Notes: a model not told the origin generated them from the sequence alone. DNA of 64,000 nucleotides from Felis catus (GCF_018350175.1 NC_058368.1:213964001-214028000); one strand, 5' to 3'; shown: positions 50,568-63,260, numbered from the stretch's first letter. Numbers and translations: made by a program.

Positions 50568-52784
50568 CCCACCCTCTGGCAGACTCTTTCCTTTGTTCAG
50601 TTCTGATTTTGTGTTTGTCAGAATCCACCTACGTGCACATGGCCAAGTTGTATCCCCAGAAATACTAATTCCTTGGTTCTTGGAAGGGGCCTGAGCACCA
50701 GTATCTCAGAAGCACCTTATGATTCTGATATAACAGCCAGGTCAGCGAGCCTCTGCAGTGTTTTTACTCAGGGGCCAGGTCCTCCAGGAGGCCTTTAGGC
50801 TGAGGTAGAAAGGAGTGCCTCCATGCACCGTGACCTCTGTGCTGTCACAGCAGCTACCACAGTGCATCACAATGGCCATTTCGCGTGGCTTCCCTGGATA
50901 GTAGCAGCAATGGTGTGTCAATCATCTTGGGGTCTTTAGCTGTCAGCATAGTGCCTGGCACAGAATTGGGCTCCACAGCTGTTAACACTGAACTGCCATA
51001 ACTCCAGGTGGTTTTCTGCCTTGTGACCCCACCTTGATTCCACTTGTTGGCAAACGGCATGATTCATTCTGAAGTAGGGTTCAGCAGAGGCCAAGGATAC
51101 AAGCTGTCATTTAAAGAACTGCCATTCGGACTTTGTTGTTTAGGTAAAGAGAAAGTCCTTCCCATCTTCTAAATTTAAATTGACTCTAAAAATATGGATG
51201 GTTTATAGCTTCCTTCTTCCACACTGAGTTCTGGTTTAGGCTCTTAGTTTTGGCAAGAACTTGAAGATCACTTTCTGCTGGCCACCCTACTGCTTCAAGA
51301 CCTGTCAGGGCGTATCTTAGGTGAAACCAGAAGCACTTGTTAGCATCCTCACTGTTTTCCTCCTTATCCATCAAACAGCATTACTGTATAATAGTGAAGA
51401 ATGAGCCCTGACTCTGGAAGGCAGCCGTGGCAGTCTGGTAACCTGAGATGTATGGTGTTTTGTGTGTGCTTATGTGTTCATTAGGCTTGTTGATTTTGAG
51501 GCCTGAAATCTCCGTATAGGCAACCTAAATTAGAGTTTTGTCTTCTCACCAAAGCATATACTGAGAGAGAACCCAACTTGCTCAGCATAACTGTATTCTC
51601 AAAATAGCCCTTCTATTCCCCCCTGTCCTCTGCTTTGAGAACTGCCTCCCCTCCACCTCCCAACTGGGAATCCAAATGAAAAAAGATCTCTCTCTTCCAG
51701 TTCAGTTATTCTGTAATTACAAGATATTAGGCTAGTGGGCTCTTATTGGTTGGGTCTTTTATTAACATTATATGGTAAGCCTTTTTAATTTTGAGCTTCT
51801 CTGTGGATATTAATTTTAATGAAACATTTACTATATTGAGAAAAAAGATAGAGTTGGGGGAAATAGGAGGAGGAAGGGGGCAGAGACAGGCAAAGAATAA
51901 TAGTCTGTAACTCAGCAGCAAGCATGGCTTATGAAGATCAAGTTGTATTTCTACTTCATGCATCACTGTCAGGCAAATTAAGAACATATTGTTTCTTATT
52001 TATCTATTGTCAAGGATGCAATCTCAGGCATTGAGAATAAATCTTGATTTTCATAAGCTCAGTTGACACTGTGGAGCCACAGAGCATAAAACTTGCATCT
52101 AATAAAGTGCGACGTGGAATGGTAGGGGTGTGATACTAGCACAGCCCACAACTGCTTCCTGCTCCTTGGCCCTGGTGTCACCGATTTTCCTCAGCAGGAA
52201 GGGATTGTTGTAATAGATCAAGAATTTGTTCTAGCTGTTGTAAGAAGAGTTCTAGCTTTAGGTATGTTACTCCCCGAAATCTTAGATTTGGGGATAATAA
52301 TTACTTTCAGCTTCTGTTTGGTCCATCTTGGCTTCTACCCGCTTCCCTAGCCACCCTCCCCACCTTCCTCTAGTGAGTGGTTAGCGAATGCTGAAATCCT
52401 AAACCATGCTTGTTTTATGGGCACCTCTGTGAAGGGTTTGTTGTATAATTTTCATGCACTGTTTAATGTTATTGCTTAGGATGGTGCTTAGAGGACTCTT
52501 TGCTGACTAAAATTTCTGCTAGAATTTTTGTTTTGAATTCTTAAAGTTGAAATATGAAAATCATATTTTAATATAATTAGAGACAGTCTCAATTTGATAA
52601 ACTATAACTCAGGATATATTATATACATTTTTAAAATAATAAAAGTAAAAATATAAATAAATAATTGAAAGATTTTTAAATAATACTTACTAAAACATTA
52701 CTTCCCCAAATCCTGTAATATATAATTTAACATCAGTGCTGTGAAACTTGAAGTTTATTTTAGGCTTCTAAAAATACTCCCTTA

Positions 52785-52985
52785 AAACTAATGTACAGTG
52801 ACAGAAAGCAGGTCAAGTTTGCCTGGTAGGTGGTGCATTGGACTGATTGATTGCAGAGGGGCACGTGGAACCTATTTCAGGTGACAGAAGTGTAGAATGT
52901 TGTCAAAACTCATCTAACTATACTTAAAATGGGTACATTTTACTGTCTGTAAACTATGCTGCAGTGAAGTTGACTTAAAAATTTT
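52785..52985 (+). mobile_element. Old L1M 3'-end fragment
   Basis: gtgacagaaagcaggtca...ttgtcaaaactcatctaactatacttaaaatgggtacattttactg. Confidence 0.6.
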
Positions 52986-53323
52986 TTAATACTCCTTCAC
53001 TTAGTAGCATTACATTTAATGGATGCTGTGCTCTTTAATCATAGTATAGTATCCTCCCCCCAGCATAGCTCACTGCTACTAAACTAAATAAACTGTTTAA
53101 ATTGTCAGGTAAAATCCAGGAGCAGAGTAAGCTATTAAGGAGAAGCTAGAAGCATATGGAGTTTGTCACGGCAGCCTGGGGATAGCAGTTGAGGACTTAA
53201 ACCATTGCTTACCTTGGTGCCCCTGCCTGTGAAGTGGTCTCGGGCTAGTTGGGCCCAACACAGGAGCAGGAGGGAGACCACAGTGAGATGGTTTCTAAAT
53301 GTATCTCACTTTCTTTTGGCCAG

Positions 53324-53465
53324 TTGTTGCGAAGCTCTTTGGTGAATAACAGAACTCAAGCCAAGGTAGCAGAGGAGCTGGGCATGCAGGAATATGCCAT
53401 CACCAATGACAAGACCAAGAGACCTGTGGCCCTTAGGACCAAGACCTTGGCAGACCTTTTGGAAT
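53324..53465 (+). CDS. DROSHA: DROSHA exon L (142 nt, ~aa 1176-1223), RIIIDb D1219/E1222
   Basis: ggccag|TTGTTG...GGAAT|gtgagt; LLRSSLVNNRTQAKVAEELGMQEYAITNDKTKRPVALRTKTLADLLE. Confidence 0.98.
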
Positions 53466-54922
53466 GTGAGTCTTAGGAATAGAGCTTTTCTCTTAACCGC
53501 AGATTCAGAGTTTAAATCAGATGCACCCACATTTATCTTACTGCTCATTATTATTATGTTCTAACTAAAGAAACCTCTCTTCCATTTTAATTTTTATTTA
53601 TGTATTTCTCCAAAGTTTATTAGAAGGAGGATAATTTGGAATTAAGATAAGTGAATAATGAATTTATATTCAGTCTTTGTTCAGTGGTATCACCCCCATC
53701 CCTGCCCCTGCACCCCTCCATTCTACTGTTCAGCCATCACATTCTTTGTGTGAAACAGTAGCAGAGTGTGGAGATGGGTAATAGTGAATCACAGCTTTTT
53801 TTTGCCACCCAGCAGCCTTCATATAGGGGCATAGAAGAAAGAAGGGTAATTTATTCACTAAATACTAAAACTATTATCTGTTATTTTGAATGAGCTCAAA
53901 GCTCTACGGACAAATGTTGTCATCTTTGGCAGTTTCTGATATGGTCTGGAAGCATCATAAATAATCCTATTATAGCTAACTAAAGGATTTTACACATCAT
54001 TTTATTGTTTCTGATACTACTTTAAATAAGTGGACCAATCACTGGGTCTTGGACCTTTTTTTTTTTTTTTAATATTATAGTATTCTTGACAGTTGGAATT
54101 ATATACAAATATTAAAGTCTACCATGCAAAACCAGCTCATTTACAAAGTGCAAAGGCAGTCTAAGGAACTTAAAAGAACTTTTTCAACTAAAGAAAAGTA
54201 ACTTAAAAATCAAAATTACAAAAAAAATTGAGTAATCAGTTTTACTGGAATTTTTTTTTTTTTCCTCAATGAAAGCTACTTTTATACCTTCCTTTAAAAA
54301 CTCACTGTTTCTTTACTTGGTTACAGTACCTTTTAATGAAGTTATCTTTGGGGTCACCATTTATTAATGCAAAGTTTGATATATTGTTGTATTGTCATTA
54401 AGCCCAGTATTAAGTTTTTTTCTGGGCAGATTGAGTCTATAAATTATTTTCATTTCTGTTCATGAAAGGTAACATAGACCATTGTAAATGGCTAGTCTTC
54501 TCAGGATTGATGTTGAGGATGGCAGGCCCCAAGAATGTGCTCATTCTGATGTCCTATCTGATCTTCAGGTTTTCTTCTGATTTGTTATTAACACAGTTGT
54601 GTTCCCAGATACCTGTTTTTCCCTGGCATATAGTAGCATTTTGTGTATCATTTTAACTATTTATTTAGCCTTTAACCAAATGTAATTTGGTCTTTGTACC
54701 CTCTGATTTTTGCATTTTAGTCACATCTATACTGTTGCTTCTAATACCAGTGATGAAGGGTGATTCTTGTTTTAAGAAAGAGGATACGATAATTCTAAAA
54801 AATAAAGAGTGTCTGGCAGTTGAAAACCTCATTACAACATTTCTTAAAAGTCTGGGTCTCGTGATCTTTCTGGGAAATGGCGATAACATTGTGGTTTTAT
54901 TTTTTAATGTTCTTCTTCTCAG

Positions 54923-55005
54923 CATTTATTGCCGCGCTGTACATTGATAAGGATTTGGAATATGTTCATACTTTCATGAATGTTTGCTTCTTTCCACGAT
55001 TAAAA
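54923..55005 (+). CDS. DROSHA: DROSHA exon M (83 nt, ~aa 1223-1250)
   Basis: ttctcag|CATTT...TTAAAA|gtaagc; (S)FIAALYIDKDLEYVHTFMNVCFFPRLK. Confidence 0.97.
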
Positions 55006-55096
55006 GTAAGCTCATATAAAATATATATTAGTTCTATGCTTTACGCTCGGTGATTCCAGAGCCCATTACTAAATACTTTCTGGGGACTTGCTGCAG

Positions 55097-55200
55097 GAGT
55101 TTATTTTGAATCAGGACTGGAATGACCCTAAATCCCAGCTTCAGCAGTGCTGTTTGACACTCAGGACAGAAGGAAAGGAGCCAGACATTCCTCTGTACAA
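55097..55200 (+). CDS. DROSHA: DROSHA exon N (104 nt, ~aa 1251-1285), start of dsRBD
   Basis: ctgcag|GAGTTT...TACAA|gtaagt; EFILNQDWNDPKSQLQQCCLTLRTEGKEPDIPLY(K). Confidence 0.97.
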
Positions 55201-57224
55201 GTAAGTACTCGTTCCTGCAGGCGTTGGATGCTCCGGGGTGATCATGACAAGGGTCCGGCACTGGGACTTCTTTACACTGACTCTGGGCCCCACACGGAGT
55301 CTCTCTGGGCATCTCCGTGTTTTCGTTCTAAGTAAAGTAAGTAGGTCACCTTTGATTATCGGTGCTTTGTTTGTCTTCTTTCTTGTAACCTCTGCGGGGC
55401 CATGCATCTAGATTAGAAGGTTGTGCTTCTTTCTCACGGTATTTGGGTGTCGGTCTGCACTCCGCTTTGAAGACTTGGTGGCCTTTGTCCCTGTTGCCTG
55501 ACAGCTATGCACTCTGTCAGGCAGTCACTGTGAGAAACAGGCGGCTCTTCACCGCCACTGCGTTATTCACGTTTGGGGTTTTTCTTCTTAGAATGGGTGT
55601 CACACACTGCCGTGTAATTTTGAGTATCTTTAGTGACAAATCGTTATCCTTTGAATGGTAGCCAAAAGTCATTCAGAAAGAATGCAGATCACTACACACA
55701 AGATACTGGTTTTGATGAAAACAGGAGATTTGACTCTGACGTAGAGTAATTATCTTGAGACTCTCATACATTGATTCAGAAGGTGTTTTCAAAGAAGAAT
55801 TGCAAAAGGAGAGAATTATCAAAATAGGTGGATTGCCTCCCCAGGTATTATGTGGGTGTATGTTTTGAAGGATGTTTAAAAATCGAATTTCAGTACTGGT
55901 TTACCTCCTGTCTGTGGACACACATGGTTGCAAGCACGCACGTTGGTGCGAATGTTCCATATGGAATAAAAACCCCTCTCTGTGGGCTCTCTCAGACTTC
56001 AAAAGGAGAAACACCAGAGTGGCAGGGGGAATTTTAATCCTTTCTTATGTCTTTATTTAATAGTCACAACACGTTACAGGCTTTTTCGCTAAAAGAACTG
56101 AGGCCAAGAGAAGTTTGAGTCACCCCACAGCGAGCCACTATAAATTGTCCCAAGAAGCTGTCACGGCCAAACAATGTTTCCTTTCCTTGTTGGGAAAAAT
56201 CCCCAAATGTTTAGAAATAGCACTTTAATATGTACCTAATAAGCATAATGAATATCCAAACCATATTACATGAAAGGCTGAAGCTATTTCCTCATCAAAG
56301 TGATAATTAAGGTTCAATAAATAAAATGAAGACGATAAACTCGTAGCCCAGGCCTGATTACTATAATAAGTGCCACCTTGAAGAAGCCATCCGTGTGCTT
56401 TCATCCCACAGAGTGTAGAAACACAAAGGAAATGACTGCTCCCTTCTCATAAATCCCCCGGATGCAAGTACATAGTGAGCTTGTTCTTTTTCATCAAGAT
56501 GATGGGGTTGTTTTACATATTTTTTTCAAGATTACTGTGTTTATTCCATTATCTTTGTTGGCTACTTTCAATTTCCCTTTTCCATAAAGTTATCAGTTTT
56601 ACTGCGTTAGAAATCTGCACCATGTCATTAAAACCCAGAGTACCTGGCATTTTGTGTTTTGGCAGTTGTGTTGTGTACTTGGCATCATAGCAAACCTCTG
56701 AAATGATCTCAGATGTTTCAGAAATTAAATACATCTTCTGATCTTTTAGATAAGATACCAGACATTGGGAAGAATTCATAAAGGATGAAACCATACAGAT
56801 GTGGCTTGAGGTGTATTGCCCAGATACTTATCATTTTCAGTTGTGATTAGCACTGAAGAACAGTGAACAGACTGAAATAGTTACCTTTTCACTGCTGAAA
56901 GTTTGTTAGTTTTATGATACTTGGAGTATACACACTTAGAAATTGTTCAAAATATCTTACACTTTGGTGCTAGCCTTCAGATACTGCTTATAATGCTTTG
57001 GGGAAAAAAAAATATGAAAATCCAGTGTAGAATTTTAAAAAATTTCCCACTTTAAAAGCTCTCTCTGTATTTGTTAGGTTAGCAAATAAACTTACCCCTT
57101 GAATTTTCTTGTTATTTTTACCTTTCTCTGAGTGGTAAGTACATGTTTTTTCCTAGAGTTATATATTACCAGTAACAATTAAATAACACTTTACCCTAAT
57201 TAAAGTTCCTTTTTTTCCTTTCAG

Positions 57225-57317
57225 GACTCTGCAGACAGTAGGACCCTCCCATGCTAGAACCTACACTGTGGCAGTGTACTTCAAGGGAGAAAGAATAGGC
57301 TGCGGGAAAGGACCAAG
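57225..57317 (+). CDS. DROSHA: DROSHA exon O (93 nt, ~aa 1285-1316), dsRBD core
   Basis: ctttcag|GACT...CCAAG|gtacga; TLQTVGPSHARTYTVAVYFKGERIGCGKGP(S). Confidence 0.97.
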
Positions 57318-58155
57318 GTACGAGAGAAGATACTTTTAAATTCTTTGAATGAACATCCTGTGTGTCTGCGAAGTCCTTACTTGGTACTTCCAAGCTCTCT
57401 GCAGTCTGTCTTTCTAAACTCCGATTATAGAATGTTAAAGGGTAATAACAAAGTGAATCCCAAGGATTAGTGTCCCCACCGAGCTCAGCCCCAAACTTGA
57501 GATTGGCCTTGGACAGTGTGAATACCGTTGCATAAGGGACTTTGGCTACCTTGAGAAAGCCACATTACCTGGTGCGCAGGTAAGTTGTGTCCAGTTTTAG
57601 TTACCCAACATTGCTGGGTACCCAACATTGTTGCAAGTATTTTATGGGACACATCGTGCATGATAACAGCCATTAGACATTTGATTTCTTATCGTCATTC
57701 ATTTGAGCTTTGTTGGAAATGCTTACATCTCTCAGGTAAAAAGAGTTATGTATATTATCATCTTTCTTTGAACCACCTAATTTATATCTTAAATTGAGAA
57801 GTGATTAGAAGTCTGTCTATACATATATTTTTTTCTCTTTGCTTCTTTAAACTTTATGCTGAGGATGTTTAAACTTAAGTAAGAAATACTTCAGACCTAA
57901 TATGGAAGGCATTTTATTACAGTATTAAGTATTAAAGATGGGGAACAAATAACTTAAATAGGCTTTGTGCAAATAAATAATGTTCCTGCACGCCCTTGTG
58001 TATATTCCTGACTTGTACGATTCAGTATGTGACAGAAGTAATCTGATAAAATTTTATGCAGCGAACGTGAAAATCAGCCTGAACAATTTGTAGCCGTAGC
58101 TTGTGTTTCTGAAAAAAATCTTTAAACTGCACCTTACCTTTATTTTATTTAATAG

Positions 58156-58202
58156 TATTCAGCAAGCGGAAATGGGAGCAGCAATGGATGCACTTGAAAA
58201 AT
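58156..58202 (+). CDS. DROSHA: DROSHA exon P (47 nt, ~aa 1316-1332), dsRBD helix 2
   Basis: ttaatag|TATT...AAAAT|gtaagc; IQQAEMGAAMDALEK(Y). Confidence 0.97.
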
Positions 58203-58667
58203 GTAAGCCTGTCCCTTTTTCTATAATTGTATGTTCATAATGTATATTTTATAGAGAGAAAATGAGGAAATGTAAAAATGGTAAGTACTGATAAAATGTG
58301 ATCTTCTTTTCTTCATAATTATTCTCCACATAGAGTGTAGTAGAATATAAGATATGTATAAAATGGGTGAAGAATTTTTTTTTTTTTTTTAAGTATTTCC
58401 AAATGCTTTTTGATTTTCATTTTCCTTCTTTGTGTGGAGTTCCACTCTTGACCCAGGGAGCCCGTGTGAACAACCTAGTGTATTTTTTTTCTGCATATTT
58501 CTCTATATTTCTAAAATCTTATATAAGTGAAAGTTTTTTCTTTTTAGTTTTTGGCCACTGTTTTAGTAGAATGATACATTTACATACTTTTCTGCACCTT
58601 TCTGTTCTTACTCAATAACATATCATGGGCAGCTCTATAGGTGGTAGGGTGTAGCCCCAGTTCTTTC

Positions 58668-58906
58668 TTTCTTTGTTTCTTTCTTTTCTTTCTCTCTTTC
58701 TCTCATGTTTATTTTTGAGAGAGAGAGAGACCAAGCATGAGGGGAGGAGGGAGAGAGAGAGAGAGAGGGACACACAGAATCCCAGGCAGGATCCAGGCTC
58801 CGAGCTGTCGGCACAGAGCCTGATGCAGGGCTTGAACTCATGAACCGTGAGATCATGCCCTGAACTGAAGTTGGATGCTTAACTGACTGAGCCATCCAGG
58901 CACTCC
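58668..58906 (-). mobile_element. Can-SINE
   Basis: (TTTC)n tail; TSD ccccagttc(t/a)ttctttc. Confidence 0.92.
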
Positions 58907-59923
58907 CCCCAGTTCATTCTTTCTTAATAGCTGTGCAGTATTTCATGCTATAGATTTGCCATATTTTATTCACTTTTTTTAGTTTTGGTGGACACTTTCT
59001 GGTTTCTTTTTTGAATCACTGTTGACGATAAATGACTATATATTGGTCCATTTAGTTCTGTGAGATAGATTCCCAAGAGTGGGATGGCTGGGTTGAAGAC
59101 ACTGCAATTACATAATTGGCCATGTAGGAAATTACATAGTCTTTTGTAAATTGAAGGCTTAAATGCAGAGGATTTTCTTCTGAGGTACATATACTTACTG
59201 TGCTGCCCAGCAGAACCTGTGAGCTAAACATGACAGTGCAATTCTATTACGCTTCAAGTACTGGTACCTGCTAAGTGTGGGAGAGAGAGCGCAAAGTGGG
59301 TGAAGCTAGAAGTAAAGAGGCCCAGGATTCTCAGCTGTGCGGCATTCCGGGAAAGGCAAGAGGGCCAAGAGCCAAGTGGAAATCAGCAGACAGTAGCTTC
59401 CTCAGTGTGGGGAGGGAGGAAAAGTCGGGGGCAGTAGCTAGTATTTCCAGGTTCCAGTGTCCATGGAATCTTCACTGAAAGTTTTAAGTTAACTCTGTTG
59501 GGAATTTTTTCATTCGTTATATACAAACGTACAATCACATATTGAGATAAAAGTAAGATTCTGTTTTCTACCTATAAGACTGTTAAAGGTTGTCTTTGGA
59601 GCTTTTTGTTTGCTTTTAACAATAACACGGTATTAGAGAGATGGTCTGTTATGAGACTGACCTCTACACATGTACTGGTAGAAGTGAATTGTTTAATAGC
59701 TGGAAAGCAATTTGACCATCTGTATCTGGTCCTTAAAGAGGATCTTTGATCCGGAGACTTTATTTCTAGGAATCAAACCTAAGGAAACAACTGGAGTTAT
59801 GAGCTAAAGTTCACATGTCATGATGATAGTGACAACTTGATTTATAATAGTCAGAAAATAAAAAAGTAAATCAAACTGCATGTTTAACAGTAGGGAAATG
59901 TTTAAATAAATAATGGTATATCC

Positions 59924-60141
59924 CAGGGATTGGCAACCTTTTTCTGTAAAGGACCAGATAGTAAATATCTTAAGCTTTGCTGGCCATAAAGTCCTGTCAT
60001 AATTACTCAACTCTGCCATTGTAGTGGGCAGGAATGAATCATATGCAAATGAGTGGATGTGTCTGTGTTCTAATAAAACCTTATTTACAAAAACAGGTGG
60101 TGGCTGTATTTGGCCTATGGGCAGTAGTTGACCCATTCTTG
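59924..60141. mobile_element. MER58A-like DNA transposon inside an old L1M-like fragment
   Basis: cagggattggcaacctttttctgtaaaggaccagatagtaaatat...tttacaaaaacaggtggtggctg...gcagtagttg. Confidence 0.85.
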
Positions 60142-61883
60142 CTTTACCCAAATGTAATATTTTGCAATCATTACAGCAGTATTTTTGAAGAGTAATGGTA
60201 TAGAGAAATGCTTATACTAGGATACATTTAAAAACAAAAGTGTACCCATAAAAACGTACCTATGGTATTCTCTCCCAAAGTAAGGGTGGGTGGGGAAATG
60301 ATGAAGTCTTCATGTGTTTATGTAATATATACACATTTACACTGTGTATGTATGTGTGTAGCATAACTTTACTTCTTAGGGAACTTAAGGATATATTCTA
60401 AAAGTTTATCAATGGTTACATCTGAGTGGTGGGATCTTTTTAATGCAAATTAAGTTTTAGAATAGAATTTACTGAGGAAGGTAGGACTCATTTTGTAGAA
60501 ACATGCTTTATAGCTTACTTTTATTTATTTTATCTATCTTTTTTTAAAGTCCTTACAGTGTGTGAAACCTGTGTTTTATATAATACAGAAGGTCAACTTG
60601 ATATCATTTAGGGAATTGGATTTTAATTTATTTCTAAAATACAGATGTCATTATATACGTCTTTTGTTCAAAATCAGCCAGTGACTTAGATATACATCTG
60701 ATTCACTGCTTGCCTCTCAGATGTTTTTCCTACCACTGTGTTCCTGTCCCTTCTCCCACCTGGGGCTGAGGATGAAACACTATATAAAAAAGGGGGGGGA
60801 AATAATTTAGGAATTTGCTGTCTATTTGTATCCACTTTAATTAAGCTTCAACTTTAACAAAAAATAAACTTGCTCTTCCCCAAACATGCCGTGCTCTCTC
60901 TCCCACATCTCTGAATCTTCATATTTTTAAATGTGACATAGGAGCTCTTGTATAGAACCACCCCTTACTCAGTTAGGCAGGACAGCGCCATTTTCCCTCT
61001 GTGTTACCAGATATCTTGGGTGGCTCTCATTCATGCACACATCCGTTTGTGATGTTTGTTGTTGAAGCATGTAAGTGTTTGTTGACTGCGTGTATAAAGT
61101 GACTTTTTCCTTATTCCATCCTTGATTTCTTATCCCATCTCTACACTTGTTATATACCACAAATGACAGCTGAGTCATAAAATTTTTAAATCTTAACCAA
61201 GGTTTACACTGTGTCTGACACTCTTGCACAGCGTCAAATATCAAACCACTTGTAGCTTAAACTATACCACTGAGTGACCTGTTTCCTTTAACTAAATAAA
61301 AATGCTCTACCTGTGTTGCTGTTGCTGACATAACTTTGGGTATCTCGTGGTAAACTTTAAAAATAGAATTATCAGAAATAATGACTTAACGCCATTTGTC
61401 CACCAAATCTTTTTCTTCTTTTCAGAAACTTTAATTCTTGGTAACTAATGGTGTGATAATACCTTTATTTGTATGAAGCTTTTGGTTTTAACTTTGCAAA
61501 AATACACAGGTCCATTTGACTGTATTCTGTAATCTCTCCCTGACAATCACTTCTTACTAGGAGAACTGTGTTAAAACATCTCCTGCCTACCTGGAACCAT
61601 TCTGAAACCACACACCTGTGTTCTAACATTTCTGTATGTTTTGGTGCCTTTGATACTCAAGTTCATCTCAGATATTGCAATCTAGAATTAGGGGTCCTGG
61701 TGCAGACTTCCACTGTGTTTCTGAATGATAAAAGGGTAAGGGAGCCCACCGAGCAGTTGCTTGCCTCTTGCCTTAGAATACGCAGCTCTCCATTTCCCTT
61801 GAATGTGTGTGTGGTTAGTTTACATCATTCTTTGCACTAGAGGCTACCCTTTATTGAGTATAAAATGTATCTCCTCGTGTCAG

Positions 61884-62014
61884 ATAACTTTCCCCAGATG
61901 GCCCATCAGAAGCGGTTCATTGAACGGAAGTACAGACAAGAGTTAAAAGAAATGAGGTGGGAAAGAGAGCATCAAGAGAAAGAGCCAGATGAGACTGAAG
62001 ACATAAAGAAATAA
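61884..62014 (+). CDS. DROSHA: DROSHA last exon, coding part (~aa 1332-1374 + TAA)
   Basis: gtgtcag|ATAAC...AAGAAATAA; NFPQMAHQKRFIERKYRQELKEMRWEREHQEKEPDETEDIKK*. Confidence 0.98.
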
Positions 62015-62283
62015 AGGCGGGCACGGAAGTGGTGGCGTATTTACTTGCTTAATAACTGTGACTGTTGCCCATTGAGATCTAGCCTAGTTTTCCTACAGAC
62101 AATGAATGAAGTGTGCCCATTGAAATAAAACACAAAGTCAAAATCGCTCTTGTTGTTTTACTGATCTAATACGCTGTTTTTAGCTGGATGGTCTTTATTA
62201 CAAAGTATTTGGTTTCTCTTCTGTTTAATGGAAAACCTTACTTTGGTGGATGTGCATATTCCCTTTTATTTTGTTCTTTAAAC

Positions 62284-62289
62284 AATAAA
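62284..62289 (+). terminator. Candidate proximal polyadenylation signal
   Basis: AATAAA with T-rich upstream sequence and a downstream tgtttttct element; another AATAAA lies at 62124-62129. Confidence 0.55.
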
Positions 62290-62909
62290 ATTTGAAAAGC
62301 ATATTCTATGTGGAATAGATCATGTTTTTCTATGGCTGTCTGAGATTGTGTCACAAGACTTTGAGCTGACAAGTGAAAAATTCACCTCACTAGATATTTG
62401 GGCTACACTCTATTAACGTCTATGCTTTTGGAAATCGCTGGATTATTAACTAGATTTTTCAGCTTTCATCTGGATGTTTATCGTCTTCTCAACTGCAGAA
62501 ATTGAACTTACCCCTCATTAAGCAGTGAATTCTTTGTAGAAGGGATCCCTTTAATGTTTAACTGGCTAGTGGGAGTGGGGATAGACATATATTCTTTGAG
62601 TCATCAGAATAGGGGAGAGATCACGACTCTAAGCCAGATGACACTTTAAATCAGATACTCTAACTCTGGGGTCAGTGGATGCTTTAAGAAGTTTATAGAT
62701 GGACTTAAAGGAAGTCTCAGAAGCTCCTGAAATTGTATTGGATTTTGTGTCTATCAGGGGGAGTTGGGAGTGGGCGGGGGGCAGGATGAGGACCTTGTGG
62801 CTTTCATCAGCTTAAAGCGGTCCCTGCAATAATGGGCTAACGTTACATTAAAAGGCATGACATTTTTTAAAAAATGTTATTTTAAACTGAGTATCACTTG
62901 TTTTTTATT

Positions 62910-62915
62910 AATAAA
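62910..62915 (+). terminator. Candidate distal polyadenylation signal
   Basis: AATAAA with T-rich upstream sequence and GT-rich sequence starting ~25 nt downstream. Confidence 0.55.
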
Positions 62916-62944
62916 GGCAAAACCTCTTATTTAAAACAAATGTG

Positions 62945-63260
62945 TTTTCATTCATTGTTTTGGCAAATACATAGTGAATGACTACTGTGTATCAGGTATT
63001 GTTCTAGGCTCTGGGGCTACAGCAGTGAACAAAATAAAACTCCCTGCCCTCAGGGAGCTAATGTACTAGTAAGGAATACACACAATAGACAAGAAAATAA
63101 AACATAGGTCACATGGTGTTGTAGATGATGGCCAAAAATAAAGCAGGGAGGTGGGATGGGTGCTGTTTTCAATCAGGTGGTTCATGAGATCCCTAAACGG
63201 TTGTCATTTGAGTTAAGATCTGAAGGAGAAGAGTGAGTGAGCTTTTCAGGTATCCGGAGA
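62945..63260 (-). mobile_element. L2-like 3' end
   Basis: ttcattcatt...tactgtgtatcaggtattgttctaggctctgggg...cagtgaacaaaa...cctgccctcagggagct. Confidence 0.7.

Larger units (their letters stand above)
185..62014 (+). other. DROSHA: DROSHA gene, 3' half (17 coding exons, probably exons ~19-35 in the 35-exon human numbering); 5' part lies upstream of the window
   Basis: Seventeen GT-AG exons total 1659 nt (552 aa + stop) in one continuous frame. They contain two RNase III signatures (ERLEFLGDAVV, QRMEFLGDSIM), the dsRBD (DPKSQLQQCC...GKGPSIQQAEMGAAMDAL) and the end ...DETEDIKK. Counting back from the stop places E969, E1045, E1147 and E1222 at their known human positions. Confidence 0.99.
62015..62940 (+). 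other. Probable DROSHA 3' UTR (end approximate)
   Basis: Follows the stop codon. AATAAA occurs at 62124, 62284 and 62910; the last is followed by GT/T-rich sequence (tgtgttttcattcattgtttt) and then an L2-like repeat. Confidence 0.6.

Noticed and set aside
51186..51374. Minus-strand 62-aa ORF with protein-like composition (MMDKEENSED...)
   Set aside because: No recognisable family, no supporting exon structure, and short enough to arise by chance.
1832..58895. Many 60-160 aa ORFs with motifs such as WVAQSVK, AQVMISRF, SGHDL, SLSLSL, ERERER
   Set aside because: These are translations of Can-SINE bodies and their (CT)n/(GA)n tracts, not genes.
61979..61981. Lys in ...HQEKEPDE... where I recall Arg in human DROSHA
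   Set aside because: A conservative change in the low-complexity tail, and the human residue is from memory; not meaningful.
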